64,000 nt of DNA, taken from the IMG/VR virus record IMGVR_UViG_3300044796_000656; one strand, 5' to 3'. This stretch comes from a virus (lineage: Duplodnaviria > Heunggongvirae > Uroviricota > Caudoviricetes). Of this stretch, positions 54,853 to 64,000 are shown one piece after another. A model generated the notes under the pieces. That model saw only the letters and a list, made by a program, of their open reading frames with translations. It was not told where the DNA came from and did not search any database. Every line of letters begins with the position of its first letter. The stretch's first letter is position 1. Both the position numbers and the translations under genes were made by a program.

Positions 54853-57729
54853 ATGCGACGTTACAAACTGCCTGTCGGGCAGATGGCGTTCTTCGACCTC
54901 TCCCCTGAGGAGGTTGTGCAACCGAAACAGGAAGTTCCAATTCCTCAGGAGGTTCCAGCAAGTACCGAGGTTTCGGAAAAAGTTGTGCCGTTGATCTCGC
55001 TTCCGCCGCTGCCGTTGGCGCTTCCACCTGCTCCGGAACCGGTTGTGCCGGAGATCATCTTCGCCGAGACGCCATCGGTGACGTTCCATAAGAACGGCAA
55101 GAAACTGCTGATTCGTGCGAACGACGTTGTCGCGGCCGACCTGTGGCGCGAGATCCAGGACCGCCTGGACAACGAACGCATGCGCAACATGCAGTATTTC
55201 ACGGGCCAGAACACGTTCCAGGCGATCGCCCCCGAGAAGGAGCTGATCGGCCTGTGGCGCTGGATACTGACCGGGCTGGATGTGCATCCTTACAAGTCGC
55301 TGTTGGAGGCTTGCGGAATCACGGTCCACATCTCACCTTCGCTGGCCGGTTACATGCGGGCGGAGAAGAAACATATCGAACTGGAGAAAGCGCCGTTTGT
55401 TTGCTACTCGTCTTCCAATGACGATCTGGAGCAGTGCGTCCAGGCGGGTATGATCCTTCGCGCCACCACTAAGCGGGATGACTTTGAAGTCGGAAAACGG
55501 TACATGGTAAAGCAGGTCACGAACGGTAGGGCACATATCTATACCGCTCCCCTGCAAGGCCGGACGTTGCTGAGTGACACTGCGGAGACCACGGAAGTTC
55601 TCATAACCCGTTTGAATTCGAGATTCGAAGATGCCGACAAGTTCGTCATCGACGCCAATATCCGTGATCTGTTTCCCGACCGGATAGCACAGGAAGAAGC
55701 GAAGCTGGCGAAACTCGACATTCACGACAAGCTGTTTCTGCACGTCAAGGAGGACGTGGTAACGGAAACCCCCAAGCGCGGCTTCATGTGTTCGAAGGAA
55801 ATGCGGATGGGTAAATCGTCGGAGGCCCTGGCAAACTGCGAGATGAAAGGCTCGAAGGCAATTGCCTGGATCAGTCCCTCCGACGCCATGATCGACACCA
55901 CGGGCGAATTCCAGAAGCGGGGCGTCTTCGATTATTTCGAAGTCCGTAAGATGTCTGACCTGGCGGTGCCGACGAAGTATCACCTGTTCACCTACGACAC
56001 GATCAAGAAGTCGAGAGATCCCCTGGCAGCCGAGCGCCGCGGTCAGAAGACTCGTACCTGGCTGCGCGCGATGGGTCAGGAAGGTGGGCACGAAGGCGCC
56101 AATTGCCCTCATTGCGAACAGGCGCTGGAACGGCCGATCAAGACCAAGGATGCCCTCGGAAAGATCATCTCCGTCTCATGGGTGACGAGCAACGGGTATA
56201 TCTGCCGCAATCCTGAATGCCAGTGGGAAGAAAGACACTGGAAGAGGAAGTCGGGCAGCGAGACCAAAAGACCTACCCATCGAGGGGCGGCCTGGGATCT
56301 GGGCACGCATCGTGTTGGCCGGCGGAAGTGCTACATCGACTGGGAGCGCATGAAGCACGCCGAGTGCGGCGACCATGTCGGTCGTCACCGTATCTGTCCG
56401 AAATGCGGCGTCGTGGATTCGGCCTGGGTTCCTCCGATGTACAAGAGGATCAGCAAGAACTATGCGACTGTCGTTGTCGATGAATCCCACACCACCAAGG
56501 ACGACACCTCTAAGGCGTCTCGGGCGGGTCTGGCGTTCCGGGGCAGGCATCATATCCTGCTGACCGGCACGCCGATGTCAAAAGACCTGCTCGATATGTA
56601 CTATCCCTTGATGTGGGCGATGAAGGGGCCGACGCTGGTCTTTCCGTTCAGCCGGGGCGATAGCATGTCTCCCTTCAAGCAACGCTTCTGCGAGGACGTG
56701 TTGATCCAGAGGGAGGGTTCCAAGGGGCATTACAAGACGTTGCCTTACCCAAAGAACCCGGTTGATTTGTGGAACTTCCTGGCGCCGATCATCGTGCGTC
56801 GCACGCGGCAAGATGAAGTCTACAAACAATCGTTGGATGCACTCAACCTGAAGCTCCCGACTTCCGATCCGCGCGTCACCTCGGTCAAGATGGTTCCTCC
56901 GCAGGCTCTTCTGATGCTCGATTCTATCGAGAAGTTCAAGGAGGATTTTGCCGAGTATGTCCAGACCGTCGAGGAGAAGGGACACGCACTCAACGAATCG
57001 CTAGTCATCAGCCAGATGTCGAGGATGGTGATCGCGGCGACCGTTCCGGCCATGCTGAATAAGAAGAACGAGCCCGTAATCTACGATGGCGGTGAATACG
57101 ATCTCGATGGCATGGGCGGGAAGGGAATCGCGTTGGGTTCGCTGCTGCCGGCGAAGGTGATGGAGGGTAACAAGGTCGTTGTATTGAGTCAGTTCCCGTT
57201 CATGCGCAACCTGATTGCCGAGAGGTTCGTCCAGCTTAACCCGGTACTCATGCTGTCCAACGGGGTCGACAAGAAACGTGCGCTGCTCGCCGAGTTCCGT
57301 AAAGGCGACGAGCATCCTGTGTTGATTGCCGGCCCGAAGCAGATCTGTCAGGGAATCGACTTGAACTGCGCAGACGTCATGATATGTGTTGACCTGCTGT
57401 GGGAGGCTGCCAAACAACAGCAGGCGCTCAATCGGTTGATGGGGCCGACGGAGAACGACAGGGTTGTGCAGATATACACCCTCAATAGTTTGCACTCGAT
57501 TGATGAACACAAATACAGGGTCTTTTACGGGAAGGTCGCGGGGATGGAACAAACCCTGGACAAACGTGTGATTACTCGCACGGCCCGGGAAGTCAACTGG
57601 AAGATGTTTGTCGATCAGGTGGTCGAACAGGAAGAAGCCATCGCAGCTTATCTCCGCGAGGTCGGCAACGATCATACGGTCGTTCTGCCTGACTTCATGG
57701 ACGATGTACTTTTGGAGAGGGTCGTATGA
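54853..57729 (+). CDS. SNF2/RAD54-family helicase with internal zinc-finger insert and N-terminal QMAFF peptide
   Basis: DExH box VVVDESH. HELICc region with QGIDL. The N-terminus reads GQMAFFDLSPEEVV followed by a Pro-rich linker. Confidence 0.85.
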   Translation: MRRYKLPVGQMAFFDLSPEEVVQPKQEVPIPQEVPASTEVSEKVVPLISLPPLPLALPPAPEPVVPEIIFAETPSVTFHKNGKKLLIRANDVVAADLWREIQDRLDNERMRNMQYFTGQNTFQAIAPEKELIGLWRWILTGLDVHPYKSLLEACGITVHISPSLAGYMRAEKKHIELEKAPFVCYSSSNDDLEQCVQAGMILRATTKRDDFEVGKRYMVKQVTNGRAHIYTAPLQGRTLLSDTAETTEVLITRLNSRFEDADKFVIDANIRDLFPDRIAQEEAKLAKLDIHDKLFLHVKEDVVTETPKRGFMCSKEMRMGKSSEALANCEMKGSKAIAWISPSDAMIDTTGEFQKRGVFDYFEVRKMSDLAVPTKYHLFTYDTIKKSRDPLAAERRGQKTRTWLRAMGQEGGHEGANCPHCEQALERPIKTKDALGKIISVSWVTSNGYICRNPECQWEERHWKRKSGSETKRPTHRGAAWDLGTHRVGRRKCYIDWERMKHAECGDHVGRHRICPKCGVVDSAWVPPMYKRISKNYATVVVDESHTTKDDTSKASRAGLAFRGRHHILLTGTPMSKDLLDMYYPLMWAMKGPTLVFPFSRGDSMSPFKQRFCEDVLIQREGSKGHYKTLPYPKNPVDLWNFLAPIIVRRTRQDEVYKQSLDALNLKLPTSDPRVTSVKMVPPQALLMLDSIEKFKEDFAEYVQTVEEKGHALNESLVISQMSRMVIAATVPAMLNKKNEPVIYDGGEYDLDGMGGKGIALGSLLPAKVMEGNKVVVLSQFPFMRNLIAERFVQLNPVLMLSNGVDKKRALLAEFRKGDEHPVLIAGPKQICQGIDLNCADVMICVDLLWEAAKQQQALNRLMGPTENDRVVQIYTLNSLHSIDEHKYRVFYGKVAGMEQTLDKRVITRTAREVNWKMFVDQVVEQEEAIAAYLREVGNDHTVVLPDFMDDVLLERVV

Positions 57730-58436
57730 TCAAATTCGTTGTGTCAACTGGCCTCACTGGTAGTAAGGTAGTCTTTCAGCCGCGGCCCGGGGGCGCGGCG
57801 CGCGGCTGGAAGGAAATCGAGCGTGATCTGGTTTACGGGTATGTCTGCCAGTTCTGTAGCAACCCGATCGCGTTTGCCTTTCTGAGCGAACAACGGATCA
57901 CCCTCGGCCGCTACGAAGAAACCCGCGTCGTAAACGGGGAGCGAGATTGTAGGTGTGTTATTCCCGGCGAGGAGTCTGAGTACACCACGGCTTACGATAT
58001 TGACTGGATGCCAGTCTCCGGAAAGAAGACGGGCATCGAGCGTGTCTACATGAAGAACCATGTGTTACGCGCTGGCAAGATCGGAGCCGGGGAACCCTTC
58101 GAACCAGGAGAACGGTGTTGTCCTTATGCCGGGGTGTTTTCCTTGCGCAAAGACTTGTTGATGCGCGATTCGATCATCTTGGGTGGTTTCCCGTCCAGTG
58201 AGTTGAATGATTACAACCTGCCGAGCTGGGACCAGTTCGAATCCATGATTGAACATAATAACAATTATGAGTTCTTCATTCATGGTGTAGGCAATCCCAT
58301 CTCCGGCACGCCGCCGCCGATCGTGGCTGCCCGTATGGACTGGATCAAGGAAGAACGCGGTGCCGGTCACTGGCGTGGCAAGCTGTTGAGTTACAAGAAG
58401 TCGGACTCGGATAAACCTAACGATTACGACTTTTAA
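57726..58436 (+). CDS. hypothetical protein
   Basis: 236 aa with several Cys. Confidence 0.5.
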   Translation: MIKFVVSTGLTGSKVVFQPRPGGAARGWKEIERDLVYGYVCQFCSNPIAFAFLSEQRITLGRYEETRVVNGERDCRCVIPGEESEYTTAYDIDWMPVSGKKTGIERVYMKNHVLRAGKIGAGEPFEPGERCCPYAGVFSLRKDLLMRDSIILGGFPSSELNDYNLPSWDQFESMIEHNNNYEFFIHGVGNPISGTPPPIVAARMDWIKEERGAGHWRGKLLSYKKSDSDKPNDYDF

Positions 58437-58445
58437 GGAGGAAAC

Positions 58446-58874
58446 ATGAGTAAAGTTCTCGAACAAGAGACCGAGTTTAACGATCTGGAGTGCGTCCGCG
58501 AGTCGATCGCGGAGCACGGTCTGACTCCGGTCTTCAACGAAAACGGAAACCTGGTGACGATGGAGGGCTACGACGAGCAGTTCTTGGCCGACATCGGGAT
58601 CGCCAAAACCAACTTCATGGAAGTCACCAAGCTGCACTCCTACGGTGATCTTGGGTTCAAACAGAACGAAGACGGCAGCGTGAAGTTCATAGGCGATGAC
58701 GCCTTGATGTCGAACAGTCAGTTCGGCGAGTTTTACGACAAGTTCTCCGTCACCTACGCCGAGAAGAAGTACGTGAAAGAGATGTACCAGCAGGGCTTCA
58801 CGCTGGCTTCCAAGGTGCAGACAGTCGGCGGTGGCGTCGATCTTCAGTTCAACGAGGTCGGTCTGGGCTTCTAG
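58446..58874 (+). CDS. hypothetical protein (paralog of 59153..59596)
   Basis: Shares YAEKKYVKEMYQQGF...VDLQF with the downstream paralog. Confidence 0.5.
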   Translation: MSKVLEQETEFNDLECVRESIAEHGLTPVFNENGNLVTMEGYDEQFLADIGIAKTNFMEVTKLHSYGDLGFKQNEDGSVKFIGDDALMSNSQFGEFYDKFSVTYAEKKYVKEMYQQGFTLASKVQTVGGGVDLQFNEVGLGF

Positions 58875-58974
58875 TCAAGTTGGTGCGGAGGGGTCGGTTC
58901 GAGTCCGGCGCCGTCCCCGAAGGGGGCGGCAAGTGATACGGGTGGAACACCGCGCCATTCAATGAGGTAGCAGG

Positions 58975-59169
58975 ATGCACTACGTTTTTGAAAAGGGCCA
59001 GTATCCCAACCATACCGAAGTGGACGCAAAAGAATTCCCATCCGATGCCGAAGCCATAGTCCACGCCGAGGTTGTCGGGGCGGATTACGTGTGGGGTTCC
59101 GATGAGGAGTCGAATCCAACGACTGTGTGGCGGCGAGGCCAGAAGGAGGCACATGTCGAAGTATCTTGA
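58975..59169 (+). CDS. hypothetical protein
   Basis: 64 aa. Confidence 0.35.
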   Translation: MHYVFEKGQYPNHTEVDAKEFPSDAEAIVHAEVVGADYVWGSDEESNPTTVWRRGQKEAHVEVS

Positions 59170-59596
59170 CATCAATGAGTTACAAATGGACGACCAGGAG
59201 ATCCTGGTCGATACTTTGCGCGAGGACATGACGTTCAGTAGTTGCGTTAATGGTCTCACCGTCGAAGTTGAAAGCCATGAAATCGCCGATAGTTTGCTTG
59301 GCTTCCAGGGTGACGTCCGCGCGGAGACGGCCGAGGTAATTATCCGGCGGAAGTTCGTCGGCCCGTCCAGCAACGACATCGGGTTTAAGCGCATGGAGAG
59401 CGGCAATTTCAAGCCGATCATCTCACAATTCGACAGTCACACCTATAACCAAGGGTGGCAGGACACGCTTTCGCAGCGGTACTCGGAACGGAAGTACGCT
59501 AAAGAGATGTACCAGGAAGGGTTCATCCTCCAGAGAAAAACAACTCTGGCGGACGGAACCACGGACATGCAGTTCGTCCAGCAGGGAATCCTCTGA
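59153..59596 (+). CDS. hypothetical protein (paralog of 58446..58874)
   Basis: GAAGGAGG RBS. Contains YSERKYAKEMYQEGF...TDMQF. Confidence 0.5.
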   Translation: MSKYLDINELQMDDQEILVDTLREDMTFSSCVNGLTVEVESHEIADSLLGFQGDVRAETAEVIIRRKFVGPSSNDIGFKRMESGNFKPIISQFDSHTYNQGWQDTLSQRYSERKYAKEMYQEGFILQRKTTLADGTTDMQFVQQGIL

Positions 59597-59754
59597 TGCC
59601 AAAGTTTCTGGTACGCCTGGAAGCGATTTACACGGCGACGATCGAAGCAGAAGATGAAGACGCCGCCATGGAAAAGGCTCCTGATGTTCCTGACATGGGG
59701 GATTGGGAGAAGTGCGACGACGGCATGACAGCCGAAGAACTTGAGGAGGACTGA
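59596..59754 (+). CDS. small acidic protein
   Basis: 52 aa. Paralogous to the next ORF. Confidence 0.35.
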   Translation: MPKFLVRLEAIYTATIEAEDEDAAMEKAPDVPDMGDWEKCDDGMTAEELEED

Positions 59755-59921
59755 TGCCTACGTTCATCATTTACGGAACGATCGAATTGTCTGCCTCGAT
59801 CGATGCCGATACAGAAGCAGAGGCGGTTGCAAAAGCTCCGTCGTACCCGGAGTGTGAAGCGCCGGACTGGGACACGGTTGAGTTCTGCGACTATGAAGTC
59901 GAGAAGCAGGAGGGACAATGA
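59754..59921 (+). CDS. small acidic protein
   Basis: 55 aa. ATGA-coupled. Confidence 0.35.
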   Translation: MPTFIIYGTIELSASIDADTEAEAVAKAPSYPECEAPDWDTVEFCDYEVEKQEGQ

Positions 59922-60109
59922 AGACAGTCAGTATCAAGATCGACAAGAAGGGCAACGCCAAGGTGGATATCGAAGGATTCCACGGGCAGGGTTGTTCCAA
60001 GGTGACGGAGGCTCTGAAGCGCATTGGCAAGAGTTCCGTTGAAACCATTAAACCGGAGTTTTACGAGAACAACTCCAACTCGAACACGGTCGTCAACGGC
60101 GGGTTCTAA
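59918..60109 (+). CDS. small protein of the DUF2997-like type
   Basis: MKTVSIKIDKKGNAKVDIEGFHGQGC matches my recollection of the DUF2997 signature (..I.I.KDG...E.EGF.G..C). This is from memory, not a search. Confidence 0.45.
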   Translation: MKTVSIKIDKKGNAKVDIEGFHGQGCSKVTEALKRIGKSSVETIKPEFYENNSNSNTVVNGGF

Positions 60110-60111
60110 CG

Positions 60112-60594
60112 ATGCGTCAGCAGTACACTGTGTCGTTTGAAACCAACCGCGATGTTCCCTTGTTGATTTTGGGCGGCGGCGCAACAGTTGAAGCCGTCAT
60201 TCAGGATGAACTGGAGAATGTTCTGGGGTGTGCCTGTGGACGTTGTACGAGGAGAGTTTTCATGAGCGATATGCTGGAGCGTGTTATCCCAGCGGAACAG
60301 GTCCCGACGGACCCCATTAGGTGTCCCCGCTGTAATGAGCGGGACATCACCCTGAAGGGGAATGTCACGCGCGCGTTCGAGGAGCGGTTGCAGGACGGTA
60401 ATATCGTCGAACAGAAGTTTGCTGACGAACTCGAACGTGAAACATCTGCGATTGAGTGTCACGACTGCCGTATGCGATTCCTCATCATGACGTCCGAGGA
60501 GTACAAGTTGTCAGTTGCCAACATGCAACTCCACGAGGCGTTGTTGCAGTACTCGCCGAATTACATTCGAGCTGCCAACACGTTGCCCTGCTGA
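60112..60594 (+). CDS. Cys-rich hypothetical protein
   Basis: CACGRC...CPRCNE...CHDC. Confidence 0.5.
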   Translation: MRQQYTVSFETNRDVPLLILGGGATVEAVIQDELENVLGCACGRCTRRVFMSDMLERVIPAEQVPTDPIRCPRCNERDITLKGNVTRAFEERLQDGNIVEQKFADELERETSAIECHDCRMRFLIMTSEEYKLSVANMQLHEALLQYSPNYIRAANTLPC

Positions 60595-60660
60595 ATTGTA
60601 ACCCTATTGGTAGTTCATAGGCTTACCTGTGCCCTTATAGGGACACGAAAGGAGATCCTT

Positions 60661-61308
60661 GTGCTCATTCATAACCGTATGGAAGTAAGTCGTGTCAATG
60701 GTCCTGGTGCCCGCGCAGTTATATGGGTACAGGGATGCCTTCTGGCCTGTAACAACTGCTGGAATCCCGGTACCCATTCGTTTGTTAATGGTCTGGAGAT
60801 GACGGTCGATAACCTGGTGGGCTGGATTCTCGATCTGAATGGCATCGAGGGTGTAACGTTCTCTGGCGGCGAACCGATGCATCAGGTCGTGGAACTGTTT
60901 TGGCTTATGGTGCGAGTAAAAAGGGTGCGTCCTAGTTTGAGTTTCGGAATGTTCACGGGGTACACCGAGGCGGAGTTGGAAGCAGGACGATACAGGTATG
61001 TCTACGCGTCCGGTGGTCCTGGAGGTATGCCTGGAGGTACATGGTCTCATAAGGATCTAGCGTCTTTGGATTCCTACTGGCATTACATAAAGGAACGCCG
61101 ACTCCTCGACTTTGTCGTCGCGGGCCGTTTTGTCGAAGCCATGACGACGACTGCACTCCCGATGGTGTCGTCGGCCAATCAGAAGCTCCTGCTCTTGACC
61201 GACCGCTATCGGGAGTCCGATTTCAAGCAACAAGGTGTCGAGATCAAGATCGCGCCGGGCGGAAAGCGCGCGACTATTACCGGATTCCCTGTGGGGGTGA
61301 ATCTGTGA
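60661..61308 (+). CDS. radical-SAM activating enzyme (NrdG/PflA-like)
   Basis: VNGPGARAVIWVQGCLLACNNCWNP gives the CxxxCxxC motif. GVTFSGGEP. AAAGGAG RBS before the GTG start. Confidence 0.7.
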   Translation: MLIHNRMEVSRVNGPGARAVIWVQGCLLACNNCWNPGTHSFVNGLEMTVDNLVGWILDLNGIEGVTFSGGEPMHQVVELFWLMVRVKRVRPSLSFGMFTGYTEAELEAGRYRYVYASGGPGGMPGGTWSHKDLASLDSYWHYIKERRLLDFVVAGRFVEAMTTTALPMVSSANQKLLLLTDRYRESDFKQQGVEIKIAPGGKRATITGFPVGVNL

Positions 61309-61514
61309 CACCTGAGGAGAAGTTGGAAGCGATTAACGAAGTTCTTCCTGGTTGCCGCGTGATTCATCAGGGTGCTCCGGAGCGCATGTCGTGTTTGGAG
61401 CATCTCGCCTGGATTGACCTGAAGCCTGATATGTGCGGGCCAGATTATCGGGCAAGTTGCGAGGAACACTTGTGCTTGCACTGCAAGATTTTACGGATTC
61501 TGGAGGCTCAATAA
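61305..61514 (+). CDS. Cys-rich small protein
   Basis: 69 aa with four Cys in pairs. Confidence 0.4.
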   Translation: MTPEEKLEAINEVLPGCRVIHQGAPERMSCLEHLAWIDLKPDMCGPDYRASCEEHLCLHCKILRILEAQ

Positions 61515-61516
61515 GA

Positions 61517-61804
61517 ATGCGCTCTTTCGACGACATCAAGATAGTGAACTTTACTGGCACCGGTTCGGTCACGATCGACCTGGAACGTGCGGAAGCAGAC
61601 CCGCAGTATCTCCGCATTTGCGGCCAGCATGACAAGACCGTTCCGGCACAGCGCGATGAGGCGCTAAAGAGGTACGTGGCCTTCTATTTTGGTCGAGAAC
61701 TCATGTTTCAGGAAATGCCATGTACGAATGGTCCCGGGGAGATCTTCCCGGTGACATTGGAGGTAAGGAATGCCCAGTACGGCAGTGACCCCAAAGCAAG
61801 CTAA
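61517..61804 (+). CDS. hypothetical protein
   Basis: 95 aa. Confidence 0.45.
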   Translation: MRSFDDIKIVNFTGTGSVTIDLERAEADPQYLRICGQHDKTVPAQRDEALKRYVAFYFGRELMFQEMPCTNGPGEIFPVTLEVRNAQYGSDPKAS

Positions 61805-63785
61805 CGCAGTTACGTTGGATCTGGTCCCGTTCATGCGGACGGCGAACGAGATTTACAAGCAGGGCAATGCGCACGTATTCACGCTGCACGGCAACACCAA
61901 CGATTACCAGGACAATCACGGCCGGCTGGCCAACCTGCGGCAGTTGATGATGGCCTCCTGCGACGATCATTACACCGCGGAACTCCTGGAGAAGAAGGGG
62001 ATCTCGGTCCAGGCGGCGGATGCTGCACAGCGCGGAACCCATAAAGCCGAGACCAAAGAGAAGCCGAAACGGATCTGCGCGATCTACGTCGCCAACGAAG
62101 GGCTGAAGTTTGACAGCGACAAGAGCCGCGAGTTGTTCATCTCGATCCTCTCCAAGGAGTACGAAAAGGAGATCAAGGCACAGAAAGTCCGGCCGGACTT
62201 CCTGACGCCGTTCAGTTTCGAGGCGGTGCTGTTTACCCTGTCCAAGTGGTTTGAGGCCTCCAAGTCGATCCGGCAGTATAACCGGCAGGCCCTCCGTGGA
62301 GGGACGACGTTAAAACCGGAAGCCATGCTAACCATGATTTTCAGCGACTGCGACGGTTTCTTCCCAGCCGGCGCGATTGCATCGCTCAACAGTGACCGGT
62401 TGCCGATCATCTTCATGCGTAACTGGGCCAAGGATAAAGAGATTGGCAACACGAACCGGATCTTCCTGGTGACGCGCCACCTCTCGGATATCCACGAGTC
62501 GTTGCGCGGGGGCGCCAGTGGTATCTCGGCGATCTTGGTTCCGAAACCGTCCTTCGATGACCGCGAGGAATTCAGTAGGAACTTTTGCGAGAACCTGGCT
62601 AAACGCTGCCATGCCATGAAGTTGGCTGGAGATCCCCTGATCGTTGAAGGCCAGGAAGTAACGGGCGTGCAGTTTGCCGCGGACTTCGATCATCGCGGGG
62701 TTGCTGTCCAGGGAGCTGGTATGAGTCGCGACCAGATCGAGAAGGCGTTCAACGTCGCGATCAGCAAGCGTCTCAAGGTTGACGACCGAATTATCCGGGA
62801 GATCAAGCAGAAGTGTCTGGAGGAAGAGTACGACGGTTTGATCGAGTTCGAGCACCCTGAGTTTGGCTTCGATCGCGTTGGCGGCCTGGAAGAACTGAAG
62901 TTGTATGCCCAGCGCAAGATCATCACACCCTTGAAGGCTGGTGATGCCCGTACCTGCTCGCGCGGGGTTCTGTTGACCGGCCCGGCCGGCACCGGCAAGA
63001 CCTGGTTTGCGCGATCCTTGGCTTACATGGCAGGCGTTAACTTCCTAAAGATCAATCTTTCGAAGTTGATGAACCGCTACGTGGGTGGTACCGAGGAACT
63101 GACCGCGAAGCTGATCGAAGCGATCTGGAATGCGGCGCCTTGTATTCCATTCATCGACGAGATCGATTCTGCATTGGGCGGTGGTCGTGTCACCCAGGGT
63201 GATTCGAACACTGGTGGCCGCGTATTCAGCAGCATGATGACCTTTCTGTCAGACGATAGCCGGGCGGGTAAGATCGTGGTCCTGGCGGCGACTAACCGGC
63301 CTGAAGTTCTGGATGCTGCCTTGATCCGTGATGGGCGCTTCGATGCGCTTCTACCTGTTCTGCCTCCCCCTGAGAGCGGACAGGCAGCGGTAGACGGTCG
63401 CGCCAACATCTTGCAGGCGCTGGTGCGCAAGCACGGTGTCAAGTTTGGGGACGGAGTGAAAGATACGATGAAAGACCCGATGACGGGACTCGGAAAGCTG
63501 TTGCGTGACGAGAACCACATCTGGACTGGAGCCGAGATCGAGTCCCTCCTGAAAGACGCCATCGAGAATGCTCTTTGGGCGAAGAGCAGCACGATCGAGG
63601 TCGATCACTGGAACGAAGCGATGGATAACTTCATTCCTATGACACAGGACGTCGAGAAGATGACGAACTGGGCGCTGTACTACTGCAATAAGTTGTCCTA
63701 TATCCCCGTCGAGTGGCGTGAGAAGGCCCGTGACAAGGCCGCTCTGATGCACGTCATACGGGGTGGTCAGGACTACCGCGCGTAG
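61770..63785 (+). CDS. AAA+ ATPase (classic AAA clade, C-terminal ATPase domain)
   Basis: Walker A GPAGTGKT. Walker B IPFIDEID. SRH region ATNRPEVLDAALIRDGRFD. Long N-terminal non-ATPase region. Confidence 0.8.
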   Translation: MPSTAVTPKQANAVTLDLVPFMRTANEIYKQGNAHVFTLHGNTNDYQDNHGRLANLRQLMMASCDDHYTAELLEKKGISVQAADAAQRGTHKAETKEKPKRICAIYVANEGLKFDSDKSRELFISILSKEYEKEIKAQKVRPDFLTPFSFEAVLFTLSKWFEASKSIRQYNRQALRGGTTLKPEAMLTMIFSDCDGFFPAGAIASLNSDRLPIIFMRNWAKDKEIGNTNRIFLVTRHLSDIHESLRGGASGISAILVPKPSFDDREEFSRNFCENLAKRCHAMKLAGDPLIVEGQEVTGVQFAADFDHRGVAVQGAGMSRDQIEKAFNVAISKRLKVDDRIIREIKQKCLEEEYDGLIEFEHPEFGFDRVGGLEELKLYAQRKIITPLKAGDARTCSRGVLLTGPAGTGKTWFARSLAYMAGVNFLKINLSKLMNRYVGGTEELTAKLIEAIWNAAPCIPFIDEIDSALGGGRVTQGDSNTGGRVFSSMMTFLSDDSRAGKIVVLAATNRPEVLDAALIRDGRFDALLPVLPPPESGQAAVDGRANILQALVRKHGVKFGDGVKDTMKDPMTGLGKLLRDENHIWTGAEIESLLKDAIENALWAKSSTIEVDHWNEAMDNFIPMTQDVEKMTNWALYYCNKLSYIPVEWREKARDKAALMHVIRGGQDYRA

Positions 63786-63890
63786 TTTTACCAATCCATC
63801 AACTAAGTGAGGACATCATGGGAATCGTCCTTTGGTGTCCTTACGTGTCTCTGCGATTCTCAATACAGTGAGATGGAAGAGAGGGAACGC

Positions 63891-64000
63891 ATGTCGTTTC
63901 AATTTGCACAAGCCGATGCTGATTTCAAGATCTTCGACCATATCAATCAGGTGCTGGTCAATCAGGAACGGCGAGAGGAATGGGTCTCCCGTGAACCGCG
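63891..64000 (+). CDS. hypothetical protein, 5' fragment (runs off window)
   Basis: ATG after a GAGAGGGAA RBS-like stretch. No stop before the window end. Confidence 0.3.
   Translation, partial: MSFQFAQADADFKIFDHINQVLVNQERREEWVSREP

Noticed and set aside
1-64000. Integrase, attachment site or transposase that would mark a mobile-element boundary
   Set aside because: None are recognisable in the window, and gene order is uniformly co-directional, so no boundary is called.

Overview
This 64 kb window is high-GC DNA that reads as a contiguous piece of a large dsDNA phage genome, or a prophage replication and early region. About 120 genes are packed closely, and all but one lie on the + strand. 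No rRNA, CRISPR array, integrase or transposase is visible.

From motifs read directly in the ORF translations I recognise a DNA-metabolism module:
- two adjacent ATP-dependent ligases, one with an N-terminal domain resembling the LigD phosphoesterase domain and one with a WGR domain
- a C5 cytosine methyltransferase whose target-recognition region is built from about 10 tandem degenerate repeats
- SSB, a RecD-like helicase, a Rad52/Sak-like annealing protein, a beta-clamp-like protein, a family-4 UDG and a monomeric class II (B12) ribonucleotide reductase
- dUTPase, dTMP kinase, dCMP deaminase, an HD hydrolase and an HU-like protein
- an SNF2 helicase, a radical-SAM NrdG-like activase and an AAA+ ATPase
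- a DNA polymerase I split into two separately initiated ORFs by a roughly 1.2 kb insertion

There is also an unusual set of translation and RNA-repair functions:
- RtcB RNA ligase
- a minimal CCA/poly(A)-polymerase-family nucleotidyltransferase next to a second Pol-beta nucleotidyltransferase
- a PTH2-type peptidyl-tRNA hydrolase and a peptide deformylase
- a P-loop kinase
- what I read as a circularly permuted two-piece tmRNA gene
- two poorly resolved tRNA-like RNA regions

Four replication proteins begin with a shared Q-x-x-[LF]-F peptide followed by a Pro/Glu linker, which looks like a beta-clamp-binding motif. A 15-nt inverted-repeat motif recurs three times just after stop codons. One divergently transcribed XRE-family regulator sits beside a duplicated ATTTGTACATG box.

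All calls come from reading the ORF translations and the DNA. Nothing was searched against a database.
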